Shown: one piece after another, positions 1 through 18,689 of the stretch
How positions within the stretch are numbered: the stretch's first letter is position 1
How the letters are laid out: the number at the start of each line of letters is the position of its first letter
Source: Macrostomum hystrix
Lineage: Eukaryota > Animalia > Platyhelminthes
Assembly: GCA_950097015.1 (NCBI GenBank)
Contig: CATNEN010000007.1
Span: 11,160,001-11,224,000 of the forward strand
Direction: 5' to 3'
DNA: 64,000 nucleotides
Program-made: the position numbers and the translations under genes
Notes under the pieces: generated by a model
Told to the model about the DNA's origin: nothing
Database searches by the model: none
What the model saw: the letters and a program-made list of their open reading frames with translations, nothing else

Positions 1-554
1 ATAGTTAGGTAATACCATGATATGCCAAAGGAAATACTATATCTAAAATTTAAAGCATAGTAACCCGCATGTATATAGCTAGTCATGATATGTTTGTCTT
101 AAAGTGAAGGTGGTTTGTCTTTGAAGAAGTTTAAGGGAAAATAATTTATTCGACTTTGACAATATGATTATATTATTGAACTTATATGACATAGTGATAA
201 GTAGATAAAATACAAAGCTGAATTTCATTTATTTTCATTATTAATGGAGTGTATAGACTGTACATTTAACTTGTAGCTTTTTGTTAAATGTACTGAGATG
301 TGAACTACATAGGCAGACAACCTTCAGGAATGTTTGAAAATAGTAATTATGTTTTTTTACTCAGTAATTATGTCTGTATTTTCAGATTTTCTGAATAAAT
401 CAGGAGTTGCTTGTCATATCTTGTGATGACCTGCGATTAACCATAGTCAATACTTTCGTTCGAGCAAAAAATTTGGAATAGTACAGTTGTAAGAACACAC
501 AATGTATCTAAAGTACACAATTCCAACTGTCTTGCAGTCAATCGCCTGACAGCA

Positions 555-737
555 ATGGCTCGTTCCCGCCAGACTGCACGCAAAGGCAAAGCCAAGAAGG
601 GCGGCAAAAAGGGCGCCACCAAGAAGGCCTCGCCAGCCAAGAATGCGAAGGCCACGAAGGCCGCGGCTAAGCAGGCCAAGGGAGCCGCCAAGCAGGCCGT
701 TGCTGACACCGGAGCCCAGGCCGCCGAGAGCAAGTGA
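555..737 (+). CDS. Small K/A-rich basic protein (60 aa) with histone H3-tail-like N-terminus; putative protamine-like/chromatin protein
   Basis: MARSRQTARKGKAKK...; 15 K + 3 R in 60 aa; GC3-rich codons like the neighbouring genes; GCAATGG start context; pyrimidine-rich AG just upstream; paralogue at 5127. Confidence 0.75.
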   Translation: MARSRQTARKGKAKKGGKKGATKKASPAKNAKATKAAAKQAKGAAKQAVADTGAQAAESK

Positions 738-1505
738 CGCATTGGTGTGACCGATACGCTCAGACCGATCTCGCTGACTGTTCGCTGTTGTGCTTGCGTC
801 CCCGACTGCACTTAGCCATACCGTCCTGTACTGGGCGCTTTTTATTAAGTATTCTAGCTCTTATCAAATTCTCTGCAACGAGAAATTCTTTAACGCAGAA
901 CCTGATCAACCGTCTAATGCAGCTGCTGACTGTGGAATGCAAGTCTTTGTTTTGTTTAGACCCCGAATTCGCAGCTTTTTTATCCACATCTTTATCCACT
1001 GTTTATCTCGAGCAGCTAATAGTTTGCTGACTGTAGCCATCAGCAGAGAGTACTGTCTCGCACGTCTCATAAACTCTAAATGTCTAGTCTGTCCGTCATT
1101 TTATAAAAATCCCTCATGTAGCCATCTTTTCTCAAAACATACCCGCCGACCCGCTGTACTGCGGGTGAAATCATTCATGTTTTTCTGCAAAAATCTGTCC
1201 CACCGCCCTCATTAGCTCTTGTGAAAAATACATTTATTCTACTCTTTGAAATAGGATTCCCCAAATAAAGTTTCATCTTAACTGTTCTTTTTTTGCTGAT
1301 AAACAGTGAGTCACATCCTATAGGCCGGGTTAGTTTTGAAATGTTCTTGGATTAGCTGGGCATGACGGGAAGGCTTAACCGCCTCTTAGAAAGTCTCGCC
1401 TGAAGTCCGTGGCAATAGTAACAGAACAGAATGGCAGATTTCGTGGCTGGGAAGTAAAGGCCACATAAGAGACTTATTTTTAGCTTTAGTTTAGCTTTTG
1501 TCTGA

Positions 1506-1964
<459 letters not shown>

Positions 1965-2949
1965 GTGTTTTTTAAGCGATAGCCGAGTGACTGCCCGGCT
2001 CTGACTGTAAATAGAGCGCGGATTCGTGTTCCTCGCATGTCCGTGACGCTGTGTGTGTGCAACTTGATTTTACTTATTGATGTTGTTTTGCACGCTAATC
2101 ACATTCAGGGCTTGGCGTTATTGTTAACTCTATCTGGGCAAATTGTCAAGCTTTTAATAAGTTTCTTTACTGTCTCAAGTATTTGCACTGATCTGTAATA
2201 CGTTTCGCTTCTCTGCCGGCTTTATTTTTATATCCTTTTTATCTAATATTTATCGAAGGTCAGCGGCGCGAATTGCTATGCTTTCGTAAAAATTGTCGCT
2301 TTTTATTTTTTCGTGTACAAAAATGTTCTCTTACTAATAAATTGTTCGACCGGACGCGAATTCGCTCGTTAGCGATTTGCTTTTCTGCCCCCCCAACATC
2401 TCTGCGGCCCACGGCAAAATCTCCATCACTGCTCTCACCAATGATCAAATTTTTATACTGCTTTCGGGGGCAGCCAAATGGGTTGGGAATCAGCCAAAAG
2501 CTGAGAAGGACAAGGACAATCAAAGTCAATCATTATTTACTGCACTCTATTAGCTTTGGTCGACAGTAGAAAAGTTTAGACTTCTAGTTGCCCTATTAGC
2601 TGTGAGTGTGAACTGTGCGCGTTTCACATCTAACGGAAACTGAAACGATTCCGGATTACGATTTTCTCGCATTCAAACCGCGCAATCCCTAGACAGAGCC
2701 ATGCTTAAATCCTTAGATTCTCACCTGCTGGCAGGTGAAAAAAGCAGCGCCACAAGCACGTTTCAGTCTGGACGCGAACCAAGGTCAACAGAGTCCGAGG
2801 CGCCAGCAGACAGTCTACGAAACGCCCAGTTCGGGCCGGGCCGTCTATGCAGTTTTCTCAGAGATAGGCGTGCCGCAGTCGTGCGTCATTGCACCCCCTT
2901 AGGCGATCGTTAAAATCTAGAATTACCAGGCTTCCCCGTCTGCCCACGC

Positions 2950-3820
2950 CACGCCATGCGCACTGAGCGTCCACACTTTATAAACCACAGCTTCCTTGAC
3001 CCGCTGACGGCGAATTGCAGGCCACTCAGAACATTCATTGACAGCAGCTAACACTTCCGCGGGTGCTGGTGATGCACCGCTTGAGGGCTGACGTTCTGCG
3101 CCTTGCCTGGATTCCCGGTCATGCCGGGATTCCGTCAACGATGCCGCCCCCACCCCAAGACGGGGTTCTCATAAGCCTAGCATCGACAGCCTGCGCTGCA
3201 ATCCGCAGAGACCGCCGCGTCCTTGACGAACGCATCCTCGGCCCTCCGCTCAGCGGCTTGAACCAAGATGCACCAGTTAGAGTTCGTCGCCCTCGACTAG
3301 CTCCGCGCCATACTCTGCGCAGACCCTCTACCACATCGACCTGAAAGACTCCGACGCCTGCGCGGACTGCGTGCTTACCGTTGATCGTCGACCAATGGAT
3401 CCGCCACTGCCCTACTTGGGGACAGTTCGCGTGCGCCTCTTGGGGAACACGCACGCACTCAGTGACCCAAACGGCACGACTTCATCCTGCACCTCGCATA
3501 CTAGAAGATTAAGAATGATGTGTCGCAGACAAGGACCTGGCGCGGATGATGTGGCCTGCAGCTGGAGTCGCCGACGACGCAGCAGTTCAATTCAGTTCGT
3601 AGCAGGCCGGCTTGCGCCGTATTGACTTGTATCGTTCGGTTGGATCCCCCAGCGTCCTGGTCTCAGCAGGATGGTCCCGACCACCGCCTGGCCAAACTGA
3701 GAAAGCTGAGGTAGACGAGCTGCTGGAAGCTCCGCTGCCTGCCCCCGCAGATATTGCGGCCTCGATGTCGCCCGGCCCGCAGACCACGACTGCCTTCCTA
3801 GAGGGCGCACTTGTATTTTA
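2950..3820 (+). mobile_element. Degenerate non-LTR retrotransposon fragment (RNase H region)
   Basis: LRLAWIPGHAGIP RNase H motif at ~3095-3135; GATGTGGCCTGC..CTGGAGTCGCCGACGACGCAGCAGTTCA (~3548-3590) recurs at ~53935-53977. Confidence 0.6.
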
Positions 3821-4019
3821 ACTATCGATCAAAGAAGCAGCAGGCATAGAATTCATTCCAGCATTCGAGTACGGAGGCACACTCGTAGCGACTTTAAGCA
3901 TTGAGCAATCATGGATAAATCGGAGCCAAAGAAATAGCAGGAGTGCTGGCTATAAGTCTCCTTTTTACACAACTTGGTAGAATGTCCCAATCAAGTTTTA
4001 GTCGAACACTCATCATCTC

Positions 4020-4547
4020 ACAGGTTCTATGCTTCTCAATGTCACTGCAGGTTCTGGACTTCATAAGCTCACAGGTTCAGAGGGCTTCACAAGCTCACAG
4101 GTTCAGGGCTTCACAAGCTCACAGGTTCAGATGGCTTCACAAGCTCACAGGTTCAGATGGCTTCACAAGCTCACAGGTTCAGATGGCTTCACAAGCTCAC
4201 AGGTTCAGATGGCTTTACAAGCTCACAGGTTCAGATGGCTTCACAAGCTCACAGGTTCAGGGCTTCACAAGCTCACAGGTTCAGATGGCTTCACAAGCTC
4301 ACAGGTTCAGATGGCTTCACAAGCTCACAGGTTCAGATGGCTTCACAAGCTCACAGGTTCAGATGGCTTTACAAGCTCACAGGTTCAGATGGCTTCACAA
4401 GCTCACAGGTTCAGGGCTTCACAAGCTCACAGGTTCAGGGCTTCACAAGCTCACAGGTTCAGGGCTTCACAAGCTCACAGGTTCAGGGCTTCACAAGCTC
4501 ACAGGTTCAGGGCTTCACAAGCTCACAGGTTCAGGGCTTCACAAGCT
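4020..4547. repeat. 24/26-bp tandem repeat (GGCTTCACAAGCTCACAGGTTCAG[AT])n
   Basis: About 20 direct copies visible. Confidence 0.95.
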
Positions 4548-5126
4548 CTCATATTTTGTGTGTCGCAAGCCCATGCATTTCAGCAGTTCTAAATCTGACT
4601 CTTTCCTTGCTTGTTGTGATAAGCGAACATGTTTTCACCTTCTGACAAGCAAAAATCCTGTATTTCACACTTGGCCGATGCCCAAAGCTAGTAAACTGCT
4701 AAAAGTGCAGCATATAGAACTTCATTATGCGTTGAGGGCGCCCACTTGGGCCATAGACTTCCAGGCCTATTCGAAAATACAAGCCGCTGTGGCATAGTCT
4801 AGGTGCTAAATGTGTAAACAGGCCGAGACACTTTCTTGAGATTTAGCCAAGCTGCTCTTGCCGAAAGCAACTTGTGAGAAGCCTTCACCGACACGCTCCC
4901 CTAAGAATCGCTGCTAATAATGTAAGTTATTATTTGGTGCTTTTAGCTTTTCTACTCAGTTTTAGTCCATGCAGTCGCAGGTTCATATCCCGGCTCTGTG
5001 ATTAGCCTACATGAACTCAATGATAATTGTAGCAAAGTGTGAGGCTTTTGCTTAAGCGAAATTACACGACATTCGCTGCTACACGACTGTCTATTCCACC
5101 CCCATCCCGCAGATTCGCTATCAGCA

Positions 5127-5297
5127 ATGGCTTCCGCTCGCAAGGCCAGTCGCAAGGGCAAGTCCAAGGCCAGGAGAGCTCCCAGGAAGGGCTCCAAAGG
5201 CAAGAAGTCTAGCAAGGCCGCTGGCAAACGCATGAAGCGCTCCGTCAAGAAGGCCGGGGCTGACAAAGGAGCTCAGGCTGCTGATGGCTGCAACTGA
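5127..5297 (+). CDS. Second small basic protein (56 aa), paralogue of 555..737
   Basis: Manually translated (below the ORF-track cutoff): MASARKASRKGKSKARRAPRKGSKGKKSSKAAGKRMKRSVKKAGADKGAQAADGCN*; shares the CAGCAATGGCT start and C-terminal AD(T/K)GAQAA(E/D). Confidence 0.72.
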   Translation: MASARKASRKGKSKARRAPRKGSKGKKSSKAAGKRMKRSVKKAGADKGAQAADGCN

Positions 5298-5825
5298 CGG
5301 ATTTCTGTCGCCAAGTCGATCAGCAATGATGATTATTGAGCGAACGCAGCTTCATTAACTTCCCAGCTTTCATAGTTTCCTTTTGCGCACATTGATTCCC
5401 TTACATGTAAGGGTTAGCAGTCACGTTTACAGTGTCTAACTACTTTAGAGCCCTAAATCATAGATTCTAGCAGACCTACCTTTAAGATGTAAAATTTCAG
5501 AAAAACTGAAAACAACTATCCAACATCTATCGGCTTTTATGTTTTCCTCCTGCTCTAAACACTAGCCTTCTGGGAAATATACATTTGCTTACTATTTTGA
5601 ATAATGCCGTGTGTCCAACATATGAAGCGTTGCTTGTTTATTTACTTGCAATTAGCCTATGCACGTACGGATGCATTTTGCATAAAGACAACAGACTGCA
5701 GGCGACAGTCCATTTCAAGTTGGGTTCTGCCGCATACACCATATGCAGCAGTAAGGAGATATTCTATTATCACACTAAAATTAGCAAACCCATTATATAT
5801 GGACAAAATGACAAAATGTAAAGTC

Positions 5826-8810
5826 AAGGACCGCTAGAAGACCACTAGAAGGACCACTTCTTTACTAGAAGAAGAAGGATGGGACACTTCGTTTCTTGGA
5901 AAATTAATTAAAGGCAGATTTTCACAGAAAACTGCACTAGCGAGATAGGAACTTTCCACGTTTTTTATCACATTGAAATGCTAATAACTTTTATTGGAAG
6001 CAGATCGCATTCTGTTCTTTTAACAAGTCTTGCAAAACATTTTGCTATATCGAATTTTAGAAAGCTTCATTCATGAATATTTGATCTTAAGTTTATTTTC
6101 GTTCAATTATTTCTCGTGAAGCTCAATCGCAACCCAACACACAAAATTAGCCTAGCTTAGTTTACTCTACTGTTTTTTAATGAAAATTTTCTGCATAATT
6201 CTCGTGTTACTCTAATTTAGTCTTGATTAGATAGTGACTGTAAAATATTGAGTTAGTCACTAGATACGCTAATTGTAGCTTTTGACTGGCTATTGTGCAG
6301 TGCTGGGCACTTCCGGTACTCCGTTACTTTGGAAAGTAACGGTGTTTACTTTTTCTTAAAGCGGTACTTTTTTAGTTACTTTTTCAACTGGGTAACGGAG
6401 TAACGGTAACGGAGGCTTTTTTCTGTAGTCCGGTCCTCCGGTCCTCCGTTACAAGCCAATAGCCATTAGAAACTGCTACAACACTGCTCTCCCAGCTAGT
6501 GCTGCAGTTGAGCATGCATTCTCTGCAGCCAAGGATGTCCTACGCGCTAAACGTGCGTCCCTGAGCGATAGCACGCTCACAAGGCTTCTGCTGCTGCGAG
6601 GGAATATATTAATTCAAGTTGAAATTATTTTTTTAAATAAAGTATTTTCACTGCAAATTTATAAAAATGGTTACAAATTTACAATAAATTATAGTTTTTA
6701 CTTTTTAAACACAACTTTAACTTCCTTATTTACAATCCCAGCTCCCTTCCATTCCACTCTTGCCCGTTGTCAGTTGACCGTTGTTGTTCATTGTCACGTC
6801 ACTTCTCTTCCTCTACATCCTGTAGAGAGTTGTAAAATATGCTTTTGCTTAACGCGCTACTTAAAGTAATGTCACAAGGAAACCTCAGCCATAACGTTTA
6901 ATCTATTTTGAGTCATGAGTCATGAATGGAATGAAATGAGTCATGCGCTATTTTTAGAAACAAGTCATGTGACATGAAACCGGAGAACCGGTTCTCGACA
7001 GCTGGATTTGCTTGAATTCCAAATATGGTAAAACAAACAATTATGACTCATCGGTTTCCGCATCTGTATTTACACAATATTCCAAATATGGTAAAACTCA
7101 CAATCATGACTCACTAAACAAATATGTGTGACCTAAGTAAACACCCGGTAGTAGAACTGGTTTTTCCCCCAAAATTTTACTATAAATACAAGCGAAAATC
7201 CGAGCTGAAAATTCAGACTCGGAGCGGTCCACCGGACTTCAAAACATCCTACGAAGAAGAGGACTCATCTCTGAGGGAAAGACAAGTGGTAAGCGCTTTA
7301 CTAGACAGAGTTATTTATTGCTAGCAATCGTTGTTGAATTAAACTAAGTTTACGAGAGCCACAAATCGTCGATACATTTGAGAAAGGCCTCCTTGTTTCC
7401 TAGAATACATTCCTAGAGGATTATTGATTTGATTTGAGATCTTTCGGAGGTAACGAAGAAGACGCCCTTCAGGAGGACCTATTAGAGATATACAAGAGAG
7501 ATTTCAATTGTTTACTAGGGCGCACGTTTCTACGAGCCGTATTGTGAATTCCGAGCTCGAGGAAACCGACACGTAATCTGATTCGCTCTCGTCAATTATT
7601 GGCCAACAGATAAACTCAAGCAGCTACCAAGAAGACAAAGAAGACAAGAAGACTACAAAGACTCAAGAAACAACAGAACCTATACTTCACGGTCGATCAG
7701 TACAAGGAGAAGAAGAACCGCCGGCTGTCGAAGACCAAAGACTACGAACTATTCACTACCAAGGAACAAGAAGCAATTGCAGTAAGTGTCACGTGACTGT
7801 TATAAATTCCTAGGCAATTGTTCCCCATTGTCTGGAAGTGGGAGTTTCGTGTGTGTGATCAACACGCAAAACTCTTCACATCCCTCTTTAACTCTTTTCA
7901 GTTGTCCCTTTTCTAGTTTTCTCTGTCCTTCTATCCCTTCTCTCTCTCCATCCCTCTCCTTTCTCCATTCATCTCATTCATTCCTCTCACGCCAGAAATT
8001 TGAAAACGGAAAAGTTCCCAAAAGTTGTAAACCTGTTTGTTTATGTTTTTGCGTGTTTACTGTTTATGCGTCAGCGGTCACACTGGCTATATCAATTTAT
8101 CATATCGTAATGCATATTCTATTATTCGATTAATTCATATTCACGTATTGTATTTAAATTTATAATAAAATAGTTAAAATAAAAAATGATATTTTAATTT
8201 TAATTTTATTAATTTTATAATATTTCAACCAACCTGTCCTGTCTACAGCTAGGCTGCAACTTTCACACCTAGCTTTTAGAAAATATTCGCCTTTTGGTCC
8301 TGGACTTAAAAATTGTTTAAATAAATTTTTTAAAACTATTTTTAAATCTGAAAATCTGAAAAATGACATTAGTAACGAAGTAACGGACTAAGTAACGGAA
8401 GTTACTGCAAGAAAATCGAAAAGTACAGGATACAAGTAAGGAATGAAAAATCTTTTTTGGAGAAGTTGGTAACGGAAGTTACCATGCAGTAACTTCCGTT
8501 ACTTTTTAAAAGTAACTTGCCCAGCACTGCTATTGTGCTTCATGATAAATAAACAAAAATAAAATGATTATCAATTATTCATAATTGCAGCTTTCTAAAA
8601 CTCGTTAAAGCAACATGTTTTGCAAGATATATAATAATAATACTTGCGTTAACGCACATTTTTTCTGCTGCCAATAAAAATTATTAACAATTTTGTGAAA
8701 AAGTGAAATGTTCGGACCTTTTGGCTAGTACTTGTTTTTTTTCGTAAAAATCTGCCTTTAATAAATTTTCCAAGAAATGAAGTGTGACGTCCTTTTTTCT
8801 AGTGGGCCTT
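5826..8810. mobile_element. Non-autonomous DNA element with ~200-bp imperfect terminal inverted repeats, split by a hAT insertion
   Basis: 5864-6066 (ACTAGAAG...CACTTCGTTTCTTGGAAAATTAATTAAAGGCAGATTTT...TCTTGCAAAACAT) is the imperfect reverse complement of ~8589-8803. Confidence 0.7.
6298..8529 (+). mobile_element. Non-autonomous hAT transposon
   Basis: 12-bp TIR CAGTGCTGGGCA/TGCCCAGCACTG; 8-bp TSD CTATTGTG (6290-6297, 8530-8537); subterminal GTAACGG motifs; hAT dimerisation remnant YNTALPASAAVEHAFSAAKDVLRAKRASLSD from 6477. Confidence 0.92.
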
Positions 8811-10149
8811 ATAACAGGAAGGTTTTGTCTTACTGTTACCTTCTGCTACAGTAACAGCTAGAGAGATAACCGCTCCACTGGTCAGAGACCCGTAGATTCT
8901 GTGTGGCGACTCGGATCCGGAGTCACATGAAAGGCGGCAGTGAAGCTCTGTCTCTCGCTTCCAGTGTATTTAATCACAAACAGCTCAGCGCGCACGTACA
9001 GAGGCAGAATGGGGAGATGGTGGGAAACGCTGGGGAATTACTAACACAGGGGGGGCAGCTGTCTCTCTCTTCCTCTCGTTCCTGGGCCGTATCGATCCAC
9101 GGGCGCCTCGCCGTGTACGAGAGTCATGTGAGCCATGCGAATACAATGTTCTGAAGCGTATTTGCAAGGCTTACAGTCCTTGTTCTGCGCTTGCAGGTAG
9201 GATATATTATAGGATATAAACTCCACCGTCAGCATTTGACTTGTTGTCGTTAAAACAAATTTAAATGTTTGTCTTGTCTGCCTTAATAATATTGTTTAGT
9301 TTAACAGTATCAATTTAAGTAGTGCCTATTTAATAATTGTCTACAGTTTTGAATGGTATTGCATCGCTTCAAGAGCGTAAAAACAGAATATTGTTCTTTT
9401 TCGTAGAAGACAAAATCCCAAAAAGTATATTATTCACTATTCATAACAAGCTTCTTTTTTCTCTACGCGGATTACGAAAGTATGAGTCATCATGAATGAC
9501 GTACATGAATACGTCTGTTCATTAATAAAATAATGAATATATGTAATTCTTTGTGTAAAAGTGATTCATTTTAGACCTACCAAAGCCTCTTAACTTATAT
9601 GTCATGATTTTTGTAGCTTACTAGACTAAAGCAGAGTAATCATTTATTTGTAATTCTCTAAGTCATATTTTATTGCAAATCTTAACATTACCAGAATTAA
9701 CAATGTATCTCTGTCGAAAAAATGAAAGGAACATAATTACCAAATTTATCAAACATATATTCTAGCACATTAAGAGTTTTAATGTTTTACATTTTATTAG
9801 TATTTTGTTTATTAGAATATTAGTAGACTGATAGTGATAGTCATTGAAATAAAATTAACTGGCAAAAAAAATTCTTCATTGAAAATTTTAAACCTCAGAA
9901 CAATAGCAAATTATTAAATTTTTAAGTTCCTACAATGAAAAATCATTTAGTATGCTATCTTAGGCAATGTTCTACTTCCATTTGTTATATTATTTCTTCA
10001 TTTGTATTTGTGCCACACGTGGATTCTGAGTTTGAAAAAGTTGTGCTGACGTGGCTTTGCTGTGACTTGACACTTGGATCTATGTGTATGGCAAAATCTG
10101 GCAAATATGGGGGAACGGGAAGCTAAAGCACAGAAATTCTGCAGCTGAA

Positions 10150-10299
10150 AATTTCGCAAAGGCCAAACTGTGTCAAATGCATGGCACAAGTGCTGCTCTA
10201 TTCAAAAGCCACCTCAAAGAATTCTTATGGCGCCATCTATACCCTAAGAATAGATTCGGTGCCCTCCTCTACTGGATTAGGCACTATTACCCGGTTTGA
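10150..10299 (+). mobile_element. Merlin/IS1595 (ISXO2-like) transposase C-terminal remnant
   Basis: HGTSAALFKSHLKEFLWRHLY...FGALLYWIRHYYPV resembles the C-terminus of eukaryotic ISXO2-like transposases. Confidence 0.6.
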
Positions 10300-11008
10300 T
10301 AGAAGAAAGACTGACCAAGACTTTTCAGAACTGTGTGACCAAACTACTGACTTTTTGTTACCGTTAACTTGTTTTTTGTCATTATCTGTCATTTGCAAAC
10401 AAAAAAAATAAAATGAATGGAAGTAGAACATTGCCCAATCTTATATTATAGCAGTTTGTCACTCTAAAATTGAAATGTTATTTTTTTATTATCATACAAA
10501 ATTCTAAAACTATCATAAAATGTTAGTAAACTTGAGTGCTATTTAAAATATGTAACCTAGATAGTTATGAGAAAGGCTTTTAAATTACATATTCTTTATT
10601 TAAAAATTTGCAAAGTAACATTCATGTTTTACATCTCCAGTAAGCTCATACTCTTACAGGACATACAGCATATATACAGGACACATAAAACTTATTAATT
10701 ATGATTTTTTGCTTCAAATACAAAGTTAGACAGCTTAATTGTTATAAGACATGTTTTTAGGCTCTTGTGTATTAGAAAATAAACAAACTTGGGCCCATTA
10801 GCAAAATGCCAAAAAGTAAATGTAAGTAAAAGAGACACGAAATAAACTAAAAGAAATGCAGATAAGAAGCTATACTTTTGGAAACTCTTCAAGTAGATTT
10901 GAGATTTGACAGAGTAAAAAATGTCCAATTTTTTAATCATACTGAGCAACCTTGACAATGTTTTGTAGTGTTGCCCACCCAAAGCACCGATCTGTGCACC
11001 ACTAATGA

Positions 11009-15512
<4,504 letters not shown>

Positions 15513-15997
15513 GGGGGGAGGTGGGGTCGCGGAGCCCCGCCAGTCAGCCAATCAGGGTAAAGCGTCAGTGCATGTTCAACTATCGTGTGCCGTAGTCCCG
15601 GTCCCAGCATGCCCGCTGCGAATACTTGCGGAGCGCTTGCTTGATGGTGTGACTCCATCTTCAGGTTGAAATTTGCAGTGGCTCCTCAGCCACAAACCGG
15701 AAGGTTTTAATTCTTGTGATATTCAGTCAAGTGATTAGCGTCTGTCAGCACTATCTGTATTGCGCACTCATTTGAACGCATCAGAAGGCAGTTGCACGCT
15801 AAAGCCACGCCTAGACTAGCAGTGCGCACTGGATGCCCGGCATGCGCATGAGAAGACCACAGTTTGATATGGCTGTTAGCATTCTGCAGTGAACTGGGCT
15901 TGCTTTCCAGGCTAAAATTTTCTGCTGTGCTAGACTCGGCATCTTAGGCTCTTTATATCGGAGCTTAGCATTTAGTGGCTTGGTGAGGTCATGCCAT

Positions 15998-16222
15998 TGG
16001 AGCTGAGGGACGGGGCTGCGAGCTGAGGGATAGAGCTGGGAGCTGAGGGATAGAGCTGGGAGCTGAGGCATAGAGCTGGGAGCTGAGGGATATAGGAGTG
16101 GGAGCTGAGGGATAGGGCTGGAAGCCGAGGGATGGGAGTGGGAGCTAAGGGGTGGGTGCTGAGCGATGGGACTTGGAGCTGAGGAATAAGGCTGGGAGCT
16201 GAGGGATGGGACTGGGAGCTGA
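15998..16222. repeat. Degenerate 20-bp repeat (GGGAGCTGAGGGATAGAGCT)n
   Basis: About 11 diverged copies between the two coronin last exons. Confidence 0.8.
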
Positions 16223-16334
16223 CCTGATATGATTGTGCAATGAGTTAAAGGTAAAAGTATGAAAATATTGCCGATGTAAGCACGCTATATCTGCGACAGC
16301 AGATTCGGAGGCTCCACCATTTGACATTCTCCAG

Positions 16335-16532
16335 GTACCCGCCAACAATCACGTGACCACCAGCAGCTCCGAGTCCGCCCCGGCCGACTCCGCCGAGCCG
16401 TCGCCGCTGGAGTCTCGCGTGTCGGAGCTGGAGGCCACGGTGCAGAACCTCACCAGCTTGGTGGAGTCGATGCGCGACTCCATGGCCCAGCTCACCGGCG
16501 AGTGCGAGCAGCTGCGCGCCAAGCTCAACTGA
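16335..16532 (+). CDS. coro: Coronin alternative last exon B (coiled coil)
   Basis: TTCTCCAG acceptor, phase 0, GC3-rich; VPANNHVTT...LESRVSELEATVQNLTSLVESMRDSMAQLTGECEQLRAKLN*. Confidence 0.7.
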   Translation, partial: VPANNHVTTSSSESAPADSAEPSPLESRVSELEATVQNLTSLVESMRDSMAQLTGECEQLRAKLN

Positions 16533-17651
16533 GCGCCTGGGTTGACGGGCACTGACTGGCTGGCTGGGGTGGGGCTGCTCCCAAATTCTGCATGCATGCT
16601 CTTTCGTATTCTGTCACTTGTTTGTTTTCTTGTAGAATCTGGTTGATGCTCGTTGGGGGGAGGTGTCTGGTCTGACCGCCTTGCTCAACACTTCCCATCT
16701 GCATATCTGGTTGGGTCACCTGACCTCCCCTGGCTCAGCACTTCCCATCTGCATATCCGGGTGGGTCAGATTAATCGTATTGGATTTCCTATGGTTTAAG
16801 CAATTTTCCCAGAACTTTCCAGAATTCTTAATAGAAATTAATGTTTTGTCTCGCAATAGTTAAAGTGCAATCCAATAGTCCTGTTCGTTCATTCTGCTTG
16901 TTTCAGTTGCTTGCCTTTTTCTGCCGAAAGAATGACAGGCGCTTGTATGAAATCTGGTGTACACAGATCCTCAATCCGCTCTCTCGAATTGTTATAATTT
17001 AGTTCTAGTAAATCGACGTTTCTTATCGATCAACGAATTGTAACTGATTAATTATTTCTGTTTTCTGCCTGTTTTTTTACTACCCTACTGTCAGTAGTCT
17101 GATATGATTGCTGCGTCACAAATTTGTGTGCAGCCGAAAATGTTACATTTAACAGTATTTCTGCCTAACTGTTTGATTTGCTTGGCTGGGGAACTCTCAC
17201 TGCCCCTAACTCGCTTGCCGAATATTGTGGCTATCGATTTTCTTTTCATTTTTTACCTGCTGCGATTTTAAGCTTCGGCTAGGCAGTGCAGATGGACGAG
17301 CCTGTCCTGAAACTGATTGGTTTGCGGACATTAGCTCAGCCTGCGGCGGGATGGCTCTCAAGTTTAATTCAACTGTGCCCTGTTCTTCCTACTGCAAGTA
17401 GTGCATGCAGACTGTTGCGGTGCAATTAATTTTTTTAATTAACGCTTTTTATTAATTTATTAACTGGCTTCCATTTCTTTCCATTGTAGTTGGTTCAGTT
17501 AATGGGCAATTTCTAGCTCCATGTCTTCCCCGCTCTTCCGATACTTCAGCCACTGTCCATGCCATCTGATCGATTTTGCATCCGATTGTTGCTACATTCA
17601 GTTTCGACTTGCTACTGCTGCATCGGGCACTTCTCATCAGTTTGGTTATTT

Positions 17652-18166
17652 GTGATTGGGACTTTCTGATTGGCTATTGCTGATTGGGTGCTTCTGATTA
17701 GCTATTGCTGATTGGGTGCTTCTGATTGGCTATTGCTGATTGGGTGCTTCTGATTGGCTATTGCTGATTGGGTGCTTCTGATTAGCTATTGCTGATTGGG
17801 TGCTTCTGATTGGCTATTGCTGATTGGGTGCATCTGATTGTATATTGCTGATTGGGTGCTTCTGATTGGCTATTGCTGATTGGGTGCTTCTGATTGTATA
17901 TTGCTGATTGGGTGCTTCTGATTGGCTATTGCTGATTGGCTATTGCTGATTGGGTGCATCTGATTGTATATTGCTGATTGGGTGCTTCTGATTGGCTATT
18001 GCTGATTGGCTATTGCTGATTGGGTGCATCTGATTGTATATTGCTGATTGGGTGCTTCTGATTGGCTATTGCTGATTGGCTATTGCTGATTGGCTATTGC
18101 TGATTGGGTGCATCTGATTGTATATTGCTGATTGGGTGCTTCTGATTGGCTATTGCTGATTGGCTA
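17652..18166. repeat. 14/28-bp tandem repeat (CTGATTGGCTATTGCTGATTGGGTGCTT)n
   Basis: Direct tandem copies. Confidence 0.95.
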
Positions 18167-18689
18167 GTAATGGTTAGGTAGATTGGGTAAATGGCAAATT
18201 GGGTAGTAATTTGCTATTGGATTCATGCTATGCTAATCTAGGCTTGTCCTGACTGACTCACCATTTGCTTCTGCTCCTAGTTGTGTACTGGTGCCAGTGC
18301 GTTAGCATCCACCGTTGGTTCTATTTATGTTTCTGTTTCTGCGTAGTAAGTTTTTATCGAGTATTTTTCTGTTGTCTGTTTTGAGTGCGCGCAGTCCGGT
18401 AGTCGCAAACGCCACTTATTTTTGTTTTTTTATACGCTTCCTCCTGTTTAATCCCGCTGTTGAGTTTAAAGGCTTTTCTAATTAGTGCTTGCGAAATTCA
18501 GTGGGCTTCTGAGCAAATTATACTTGTTATTATTTAACTGCTGTCATGTACTCAGCACTAAACTCAATTTTTACTGACTTCACTGATTAAGCAACGACTC
18601 CCGGCTTCCGGCTCTTCACTGTCATTTTTCTGCGAGTTGTCCTTTGTGAAAACTGTCCGCCTGTTAAGCCCTTTTGCTGTCATCTTTTC

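Noticed and set aside
3943-4797. Repetitive ORFs
   Set aside because: Arise from the 24/26-bp tandem repeat
7200-7790. Purine-rich coding-like stretch inside the hAT element (possible gag relic)
   Set aside because: Multiple stops and no diagnostic motif recognised
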